A DNA stretch of 64,000 nucleotides, taken from NCBI GenBank assembly GCA_038062915.1, contig JBBTWD010000002.1, forward strand, positions 5,189 through 69,188. Direction: 5' to 3'. The translations under genes were made by a program, and so were the position numbers. Below the pieces are notes generated by a model. That model worked only from the letters and a program-made list of their open reading frames with translations, was not told the origin of the DNA and made no database searches. This stretch comes from Patescibacteria group bacterium. Lineage in GTDB: Bacteria; Patescibacteriota; Microgenomatia; UBA8517. Shown here piece by piece: positions 57,012 through 64,000 of this stretch (the stretch's first letter is position 1; the number at the start of each line of letters is the position of its first letter).

Positions 57012-58054
57012 TTTATAATTCTATATAAAACATCAAAAAACCAGCTTTGAATAGGATGTGGAGATCGGGAATTTATAACCTTCCAGCTTTTTGGGATCGG
57101 GTAATTTTCTTTCCTAATGAATTGATTGTCTGAAACTCTTGATCTTATCCACTGTTTTGTGTAAAAAAAACTTTTTGTTATTCTTTCTATCTCTTGAAGA
57201 TAATTTTTTATTTGAGGCCTTCTCATCTCATGTAGAGAGCTAATATTGACTATCAAATCAACATAATTTTTGGGCAACAAATGTATTTGATTGGCCATTA
57301 AAAATCGTATTCTACTAGCCTTAAATTCTTTCTCAATTTTATTAAATGATTCAAATTTTCTGTAATAAAAAATCTTTTCGTTAGGAAAAACTTTAGATAA
57401 GTACCACTGTGACACAAAAAGAGCTGGGGGGATGTCTATCACGGTATAATTTATTTTTCTCATAAACTTAAGAAATATATATGCCGTTCTACCATATCCT
57501 GCACCCAATTCAGCAACTTCCTTCACTGTATTTTTGTCAATTTGATCCATAATGGTGTAAAACTCATACACAGAATTGCAAAGATCTTGTGAAATAGTTT
57601 TACCTTTATAAAATATGGTAAAGGGATTGCCGACAGTCGGTTCTTTAATTTTTTCAAAAATATTTAAGTGATCAAATTTAGAAACAAAATCAAATAAACA
57701 CGCGACATAAATTTTATAAAAATAGGCAAAAATTGGATGAAACTTTTTTATTCCGTCTTGCTTTTGAGCAAAATCATTAAATTCAACTGAAGTAAACGGC
57801 TTTAGGTTAACTTTTAAAATCTGTGAGACTATAACAGGAAATTCATGAATATAGATTCCAAAAATATTCCAGCCAAAACCAAAATATTTTCCATTTATAG
57901 ACCGCTTAAAATTCTTAAGGCCCGATTTATTAATTTGATTATTATGCACCATATTAAGACCTTCCCAAAAACTAGATGGGTGAAAGATTTTAGGGCTAGA
58001 TTTTAAATCACTTAACATTTCGTTTAAACCTATGCCTTTTAGCTTGTCATTCAT
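57008..58054 (-). CDS. Putative sugar O-methyltransferase (class I SAM-MTase)
   Basis: N-terminal FHPSSFWE; motif I VAELGAGYGRTAY; size and pattern recalled from the 'putative sugar O-methyltransferase' family. Confidence 0.45.
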   Translation of the reverse strand: MNDKLKGIGLNEMLSDLKSSPKIFHPSSFWEGLNMVHNNQINKSGLKNFKRSINGKYFGFGWNIFGIYIHEFPVIVSQILKVNLKPFTSVEFNDFAQKQDGIKKFHPIFAYFYKIYVACLFDFVSKFDHLNIFEKIKEPTVGNPFTIFYKGKTISQDLCNSVYEFYTIMDQIDKNTVKEVAELGAGYGRTAYIFLKFMRKINYTVIDIPPALFVSQWYLSKVFPNEKIFYYRKFESFNKIEKEFKASRIRFLMANQIHLLPKNYVDLIVNISSLHEMRRPQIKNYLQEIERITKSFFYTKQWIRSRVSDNQFIRKENYPIPKSWKVINSRSPHPIQSWFFDVLYRIIK

Positions 58055-58083
58055 TAGTAGTATAATAACACAGCCTTCTTAAG

Positions 58084-58842
58084 ATGCCCAAAATGATGAA
58101 TAGAAACAAAAAAATATTTGCAATACTAATTTCGTATAACGCCGAAAAGACCTTGGAAAAATTTTATAAAAACTTTCCTAAACATTTATTTAGTAAGATC
58201 ATTCTAGTTGATGATGCATCGCATGATAGAACTTACTATCTAGCCAAAAAACTTGGCATCAAATCATATCGAAATCCGAAAAATTTAGGCTATGGTGGAA
58301 ATATGAAAAGGGCAATGTCTATTGGCCTTAAATTGGGCGGAGATGTTTTGGTTGATATCCACCCAGATGGAGAATATAAGCCATCTGCAATAGTACCCGC
58401 ATTAAAAAAGATTGAGAAGGGTGCTTTACTTGTATTGGGTAACAGATTCCATTCATCTAATGATCCCCTCAAAAGCGGTATGTATGTTTGGAAATATTTT
58501 CCCATTAAAATCTTGAATTTTATTAGCCGGCTAATTCTAGGATTAAAAATCAATGATTATCATCAAGGATTTAGGGTCTATACCAGAGAATTGCTGAATA
58601 AAATTAATTATGGGGATGATTCGACTGGATTCCTTTTTAGTTTTGAATTAATAGCTCAAGCTGCATTTTGGAAAATTTCAGTAGCACAGGTTCCTGTTGA
58701 TACAAAATATACGGGTAAAAAAAGAGGTGCTACTCTTAAAAAGAGTATCGCTTACTCTTTAGAAATCTTTTGGGTATTACTACTTTATATACTTGCTAAA
58801 ATCGGACTAAAAAATAAAATATTCCTCAAACCAAACTCTTAA
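58084..58842 (+). CDS. GT2 polyprenyl-phosphate hexose synthase-like (Dpm1/GtrB-like)
   Basis: FAILISYNAEKTLEKF...ILVDDASHDRT...C-terminal TM helix. Confidence 0.7.
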   Translation: MPKMMNRNKKIFAILISYNAEKTLEKFYKNFPKHLFSKIILVDDASHDRTYYLAKKLGIKSYRNPKNLGYGGNMKRAMSIGLKLGGDVLVDIHPDGEYKPSAIVPALKKIEKGALLVLGNRFHSSNDPLKSGMYVWKYFPIKILNFISRLILGLKINDYHQGFRVYTRELLNKINYGDDSTGFLFSFELIAQAAFWKISVAQVPVDTKYTGKKRGATLKKSIAYSLEIFWVLLLYILAKIGLKNKIFLKPNS

Positions 58843-59950
58843 TTAAAATTAAACTCTGTCTTATTGATTTTCCCCAGGTAAACTTCTTACTCCAGGAAAT
58901 TGCATTTTTTGACATCCTTTCCCAAGATTTGGAATCTTTGCATAATTTTATTGCATTTTCCGCCAAGCTTTTAAAGTCCCCCAATGGAGACAGTAAACCA
59001 GTTTTTTCATTAACCACAGAGTCCTTGATACCAGAAACAAGGTAACCAATCGCTGGGGTACCAACAGAATTTGCCTCAATGTTAACTAGTCCCCATCCTT
59101 CTCTTATCGAGGGATTTATAAAAACATGGGCGCCAGATAAAAGTTCAAACTTTTTTTTGTCATTAACATATCCCCAAAATTTTATATCTTCACTTATATT
59201 TAATTTATTACTAATGGTTTTAAGTTCAGTTAAATAATTTTTAGTCCCCCAGCCCACTACCCAAAACTGCCATCCAGCTTCTTTAATGTTTATTAAACTA
59301 AAGGCCTTGAGGGCATCTTCTATCCCCTTATCTTTTGCTAGGGCACCTAAAAAAATGGCCGTTTTTCTTGTCTGCCTATTTCGATCAACTTTGATTGGAT
59401 TGACACCGTTATAAACTATCTTTATATTCTCTTTTGGCACACCCCAATTTACTAAATCTGTTTTTGTTGACTCGGAAACTGTCATAAATGGAATGTTTTT
59501 ATATAAAAAATTAAACATTATTGGTTCAAAAACAGTGCCAATAATTCCTGGTATATAATTTAATGGCCTTGGCCAAGGGTTAAACCACCAAACTTCTTTA
59601 GCCACTTCGTGAATAAGGGCAAGTTTTTTTGTCCTTACATAGATTGGAGTAAAAAATGGAATCCCATGAAATTCATCGACAACTAAATCATATTTGGGAT
59701 GTTTGTTAAATAAATACCAATAAAACGCTTTAATTTTAACCCCAAAGACATCTCCCCCTTTTCGTATTATTTCGACGCCATCAATAAACTCAGTTTCTTT
59801 CGCATTCTTAAAATACGATGTGAAGAGTGTAACTTTATTACCAGCCTTAACCCACCCTTTTGCATGCTCAAAGGTGGCAATTTCAGCGCCACCAGACAAG
59901 GGATGTTTTAGTCCCCTCCATGAAAATATTAAAATCTTTAGTTTTCTCAT
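58826..59950 (-). CDS. GT4 family glycosyltransferase
   Basis: REGWGLVNIEANSVGTPAIGYLVSGIKD. Confidence 0.85.
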   Translation of the reverse strand: MRKLKILIFSWRGLKHPLSGGAEIATFEHAKGWVKAGNKVTLFTSYFKNAKETEFIDGVEIIRKGGDVFGVKIKAFYWYLFNKHPKYDLVVDEFHGIPFFTPIYVRTKKLALIHEVAKEVWWFNPWPRPLNYIPGIIGTVFEPIMFNFLYKNIPFMTVSESTKTDLVNWGVPKENIKIVYNGVNPIKVDRNRQTRKTAIFLGALAKDKGIEDALKAFSLINIKEAGWQFWVVGWGTKNYLTELKTISNKLNISEDIKFWGYVNDKKKFELLSGAHVFINPSIREGWGLVNIEANSVGTPAIGYLVSGIKDSVVNEKTGLLSPLGDFKSLAENAIKLCKDSKSWERMSKNAISWSKKFTWGKSIRQSLILIKSLV

Positions 59951-59969
59951 GTCCCTTAATAATTCCTAA

Positions 59970-59977
59970 TGTATAAT
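59970..59977 (+). promoter_or_regulatory. Candidate -10 element TGTATAAT 18 nt upstream of the 59995 ATG
   Basis: Hexamer TATAAT with an upstream TG, read directly from the sequence; no clear -35. Confidence 0.3.
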
Positions 59978-59994
59978 AGCCTAGATAACAGTAA

Positions 59995-61752
59995 ATGAAA
60001 AATTTTCTTTCTGCAAACAGGGCATGGATTCTTGTTTTAGCGCTTGCCTTTCTTTTGCGGACTATTGGGATACATCTAAATCCAGTTGGCCTAAGCCACG
60101 ATGACGAGCTTAATGAATTAATCAACGCTAAATCACTTGCCATAGCCGGAGTTCACGCTCCTGGCCATGTAGCAGGAGTATTTACTCCTAACGATGAATG
60201 CCCGGGTAACTGTATTCACGGAGAACTGGGTCCATTTATTCTTATTCCTTGGATGAGAATTTTTCCCCTAGATATATTTTGGTCAAAAATACCATTCATT
60301 GCAGTAGCGTCGCTTATCGTTTTCTCAACTGGTAAACTCTTCGAAAATCTATCTAAAAATCGCGCTATTGGTCTATTTGTAGGTACTCTTGTCGCAATCA
60401 ATCCATGGGCAATACACTTTGGAAGAACTGCCTATTTTACAACATTTTCATATGCTTTTTATCTTTTAGCTGCATATTTTTTTACACGGAAAAAGTCCTA
60501 TAGGGCCAATCTTTTTTACGGCGCATTGCTCTCCATAATTGCCTCTCTTTTCTACTTTGGTACCAAACCAATCCTTCCATTAATTATTATCTGGGGGATT
60601 TGCTACAATCTTTTCCAATTTAAAAAACATTATCTAAAGTTTACGGCTTTAATTATTTCCCTGACTTTAATTGCAATTGTTACATACTCCATAATACTTT
60701 CAAATTCATTTGCTGGAAGACGTATTGGTGAAATAAATATCGAAAATACAGCAACAATTGTAAACCAACAAAGGCGAGTCTCACTTGAAATTCCGTTAGT
60801 AAGGGATTTATTTATCAATAAATATATTGTGCATGTCGGGATTAGAATTGAGAAATTTATTGGTTTTTTCTCGCCAACATTTTTATATGTAAAAAGCGAA
60901 GGTAGTACTGATCTTTATTATGATTCTAACCACGCTTATAATTATTTAGCCGATTTTGCATTTTTGATATTTGGGGTAATGGCACTTGCCACCAGCTTTC
61001 CAACCGCCATTTTTGTATTGTCCCTGCTTTTAATATCGGTCGTCCCCGCCGCCATAAAGATTACGGGAGATACTATTTACACACTTCGAGCTGGGCTTGC
61101 ATATCCAATACTGACAGGAGTTTCTGGCTGGGGAATCTATTATCTATTTATAAAGTTTTCTGGCTGGTCAAGAAAAATAGTTATCTTTGTGATTATCCTA
61201 ATTTACACCGTCTCACTTAGTTACTTCTTAACTATGTATTGGTATAGAACCCCATTTGATAAAAGTATGGGCTGGTATTTTCATAAGCGGGCAGTGGCAA
61301 ATTACATTACAAGAATTAGAGAAAAAAGTGATAAAAAAATAATAGTTGTTACAGCCCAACCCGCCGACACCTTTAATGAGTATGTATTTTTTGGCGATCT
61401 TTATAACACCAAGGCTGATATTTTAGATGTTAATAAGGTCTATGATTCACAAAAATACGAATATAAAAATACCAAATTTGTAAATAACTGTGATGAACTT
61501 ACCCAAAAAGAAATAATAAGTGGATCGATCATTTTCATCGAACAAGGCGTTGACTGTCTTATTAATCAAAAGGGTACTGCAAAAATTGCAAATCCAAGGG
61601 ATGGAGGGGGAATATATGATATTGTTAATGAAAATCTGTGTGCCGGCTATCCTAAAGCAAGATTTCCTTATCCTCGAAAAATTTCTGACTTCAGTATCGA
61701 AAGATTATCCGACAGCGAGTTTTGCAAACTGTGGATCACTAACCCCGATTAA
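59995..61752 (+). CDS. GT-C glycosyltransferase, PMT/ArnT (GT39/GT83)-like
   Basis: About 12 TM helices; LSHDDELNEL acidic motif in the first extracytoplasmic loop; about 150-aa C-terminal soluble domain. Confidence 0.5.
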   Translation: MKNFLSANRAWILVLALAFLLRTIGIHLNPVGLSHDDELNELINAKSLAIAGVHAPGHVAGVFTPNDECPGNCIHGELGPFILIPWMRIFPLDIFWSKIPFIAVASLIVFSTGKLFENLSKNRAIGLFVGTLVAINPWAIHFGRTAYFTTFSYAFYLLAAYFFTRKKSYRANLFYGALLSIIASLFYFGTKPILPLIIIWGICYNLFQFKKHYLKFTALIISLTLIAIVTYSIILSNSFAGRRIGEINIENTATIVNQQRRVSLEIPLVRDLFINKYIVHVGIRIEKFIGFFSPTFLYVKSEGSTDLYYDSNHAYNYLADFAFLIFGVMALATSFPTAIFVLSLLLISVVPAAIKITGDTIYTLRAGLAYPILTGVSGWGIYYLFIKFSGWSRKIVIFVIILIYTVSLSYFLTMYWYRTPFDKSMGWYFHKRAVANYITRIREKSDKKIIVVTAQPADTFNEYVFFGDLYNTKADILDVNKVYDSQKYEYKNTKFVNNCDELTQKEIISGSIIFIEQGVDCLINQKGTAKIANPRDGGGIYDIVNENLCAGYPKARFPYPRKISDFSIERLSDSEFCKLWITNPD

Positions 61753-62539
61753 TCCAGTTTTTTTTGTTCGAATAACTGTAAAAGCGCAATATTTTGAGTC
61801 TATAAAAAACTGCTAGAGTGTCGATAAATGTAAACCAGATTGTTCTTACAAACCCTTTATTGATAATGGTAGATGTACCAAAATCCATTTTTAGTTCTAT
61901 TGGGGCCTCAAATATTCTACCAAAACCCAGGGACCTGGCAACAGAAAGCATTTCTATATCAAAAGCAAATTCTTTGACGAGAAGTCTCGGTAAAATTTTT
62001 TCTACGACCTCTCTTCTAAAAAATTTCATACCCACTTGAGTGTCTCTCACATTCAACCCAAAAAGAACCTTGACCATTATTTGATAGCCAAAGGACAAAA
62101 TTTTTCTTTGCCACGGGTAAACGACTTTAGAGGCGGGATGTCTCTTTGAACCGATGATAATATCTGCGCCGTACCACTCAAAATGTTCTAGAAGCATTGA
62201 GATACTGTTTGGGTCAATATCAAGACCTTCATCTACAAAACCCACAATCTGCCCCTTGGCTTTCGACATACCAAACCTAACAGCCTCTCCCTTGCCACGA
62301 TTTTGTAGGTAGCCAACAATTCTAATTTGTTTAGGAAATCTCCTAGCTATCTTATTGGCTTTTTTAAATGTTCCGTCAACCTCGATACCGTCTATAACAC
62401 AAATAATTTCATAATTGTACCTTATCTCATCTAAAACTTTCTTGATCTTAAGAAGACTCTTGGCAATAGATTTTTCTGCCCTATAGGCTGGAATTACGAT
62501 TGAGACTACTTTTACTAAAGTTGTAGGTTTCATATCCAA
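61739..62539 (-). CDS. GT2 polyprenyl-phosphate hexose synthase-like (Dpm1/GtrB-like)
   Basis: VVSIVIPAYRAEKSI...IICVIDGIEVDGT...GFVDEGLDIDP. Confidence 0.75.
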   Translation of the reverse strand: MDMKPTTLVKVVSIVIPAYRAEKSIAKSLLKIKKVLDEIRYNYEIICVIDGIEVDGTFKKANKIARRFPKQIRIVGYLQNRGKGEAVRFGMSKAKGQIVGFVDEGLDIDPNSISMLLEHFEWYGADIIIGSKRHPASKVVYPWQRKILSFGYQIMVKVLFGLNVRDTQVGMKFFRREVVEKILPRLLVKEFAFDIEMLSVARSLGFGRIFEAPIELKMDFGTSTIINKGFVRTIWFTFIDTLAVFYRLKILRFYSYSNKKNWINRG

Positions 62540-63761
62540 AGTATATTAACAAACTAACTAGCAAAAGAATAGCTGAAAGCAAGGAAACTTTAATTATAGT
62601 AAGTATAGAATCATGAAAGATAAAAATTCCAATTATCTGAAAAATTGAGAAAATAAGCGGTAAAATTACAACCTTTACTTTATTTATAGACAGGTAAAAT
62701 GAACAAATTAAACTAGTTAGACTATAAATTGCAGCGAAAAGACCAAACCAAATTAGATATTTATCTCCCCCCAAAAATCCATTGCCATAAAGTGTTTTTA
62801 TAGCAACGTCTGGTAAAAACTTATAAAAAACCAGTACAACTATTGAAGCTACAAAAGTCAAAAGTAAACTAACAAAAAAAATGCCCAAATACTTTTGACC
62901 CCTTGAGAATTTTTTTGATATCATGGGAAACATAACGGCACCGATTGGAGCAGTTCCAAAAAGTATTATTCTGCCCAATGTCGAAAGTGAAGCATATATA
63001 CCAGCATCATGTGGACCAATAAAATGTTTTGCCAATAGAATATCTGTGGTTAAAAACGATGTTGAGGTTAATGAAAAAATAAAAGCCGGTAATGTGTATG
63101 AAAATATTTCTCTGTTAATGTTAATTTTTTTATCTTTGGAAAAAAATGTATAACCCTTCAAAAAATATAGAGTAATAAAAAAACCAATTATTCCAGAAAT
63201 AACTATTCCCAAAACTGCGCCAAAAACAGAAAATCCTAAATAAACCAAAAGTACTCCCAAAATTAATCTTAATAGCAATTCAACATTTAAAGAAACCACC
63301 ATTTGATTAAATTTTAAGATACCTTGAAGAAACGCTCTTAAAACTAAAGATAGCAATGAGAAAAATAAAAAAAACGGAACTACGAATATGCTTTTCAGTT
63401 CGACGTTCAAAAATCTAGAAAATACAGGTGAGAGAATTAAAGTTAAAACAAGAAGGGTGGAAGCTATTGCAAAACTTTTTCGGTTAAACCAAGAGAAAAT
63501 GTAATTTTCTTCGTTTTTACTTTTAGCACTAGACGCAAACTTTATAACTACCATGCTTAAAAATGTAAATATTGCAGAGAACATGGTGGCCAGTGAAATT
63601 ACCGCAGCAAGTTCCCCATAATGAATGGGTCCCAAGAGCCTTCCTATGATAAGGTGGTAAACAAATGCCAAAAAGTTAGCAAAATTACTGCCTATTACCA
63701 TGACTGCGCTACTTGTAAAAAATGGATGGGAGGTTATGTATTTAATTTTTTTCATCATCAT
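62481..63761 (-). CDS. wzx: Wzx-type flippase (MOP superfamily), second copy
   Basis: About 12 TM helices; Polysacc_synt-like N-terminus; overlaps the downstream GT2 by 59 nt. Confidence 0.7.
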   Translation of the reverse strand: MMMKKIKYITSHPFFTSSAVMVIGSNFANFLAFVYHLIIGRLLGPIHYGELAAVISLATMFSAIFTFLSMVVIKFASSAKSKNEENYIFSWFNRKSFAIASTLLVLTLILSPVFSRFLNVELKSIFVVPFFLFFSLLSLVLRAFLQGILKFNQMVVSLNVELLLRLILGVLLVYLGFSVFGAVLGIVISGIIGFFITLYFLKGYTFFSKDKKININREIFSYTLPAFIFSLTSTSFLTTDILLAKHFIGPHDAGIYASLSTLGRIILFGTAPIGAVMFPMISKKFSRGQKYLGIFFVSLLLTFVASIVVLVFYKFLPDVAIKTLYGNGFLGGDKYLIWFGLFAAIYSLTSLICSFYLSINKVKVVILPLIFSIFQIIGIFIFHDSILTIIKVSLLSAILLLVSLLIYFGYETYNFSKSSLNRNSSL

Positions 63762-63776
63762 ATGTAAAAACGCATA

Positions 63777-64000
63777 TCAAGCAACCCAATAGCCCCTAAT
63801 AAAAAGCATTTCTAATAAAATACCCAACATTGCTGAAAAAAGAATAGCAGGCCGCAGGTATTTCTTATATTGTCTAATTAAATGGGGAAAAAGTAGAAAA
63901 ATTGAGATTAAAACATATCTAGGCATTGAGGAAAATGTCCCTGTGAATGTTGGTAGTAAAAGTGCACCAATTGAAAAAACCCAGTAACTTAATCTCATTT
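63777..64000 (-). CDS. Membrane protein, C-terminal fragment (5' part probably upstream of the window)
   Basis: Hydrophobic 73-aa ORF ending at 63777; the reading frame is open to the window edge. Confidence 0.3.
   Translation of the reverse strand, partial: MRLSYWVFSIGALLLPTFTGTFSSMPRYVLISIFLLFPHLIRQYKKYLRPAILFSAMLGILLEMLFIRGYWVA

Noticed and set aside
1-64000. Alternative genetic code (TGA recoded as Gly, as in Gracilibacteria/Absconditabacteria)
   Set aside because: Every long ORF is bounded by ordinary stops, including TGA, and none requires read-through
1-64000. CRISPR arrays, tRNA or rRNA genes
   Set aside because: Intergenic regions are mostly under 70 bp. I saw no regularly spaced repeats and no cloverleaf-compatible stretches.

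Overview
This is a low-GC (~35%), very gene-dense window using the standard genetic code. I found no rRNA, tRNA or CRISPR. Intergenic space is tiny and many start/stop codons overlap; that style is typical of small-genome lineages such as CPR/Patescibacteria (an inference, not verified). Positions 1-10.4 kb hold housekeeping and cell-envelope genes. These are the start of the dcw cluster (mraZ-rsmH-ftsL-ftsI, with ftsI running off the window edge and therefore missing from the ORF track), glycyl-tRNA synthetase, an LCP-family protein, a DEDDy exonuclease next to a Bro-N domain protein, a ZIP metal transporter, RecO, and a DUF4012-like membrane protein. From about 10.4 kb to 63.8 kb there is one almost uninterrupted glycan-assembly island, mostly on the minus strand. 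Nearly every gene in it is a glycosylation or cell-surface function. It contains: an initiating polyprenyl-phosphate sugar-phosphate transferase; a GDP-mannose pyrophosphorylase and a GDP-fucose synthase; two RmlD-like reductases; a zinc-ribbon sugar C-methyltransferase; an AsnB-like amidotransferase; a hexapeptide acetyltransferase; about 10 GT4 and about 11 GT2 glycosyltransferases, three of them Dpm1/GtrB-like; eight large GT-C-like polytopic membrane proteins, including a paralogous trio of 633, 903 and 1177 aa; two Wzx-type flippases; an O-antigen-ligase-like protein; and six SAM methyltransferases. The oddities I would look at first are these. Two GT4 genes are each split into overlapping N-half and C-half ORFs at the same interdomain position. 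They flank a small TrpR/YerC-like regulator bracketed by nearly identical 18-20 bp palindromes. There is a recent tandem duplication of a methyltransferase module, one copy of which is fused to a GT2 (GT2, then GT2-MTase fusion, then MTase). The giant membrane-protein paralogs carry C-terminal TM anchors. There are direct repeats at 10-bp spacing upstream of mraZ. All calls rest on motifs I recognised by eye in the translated ORFs; I could not run any database search.
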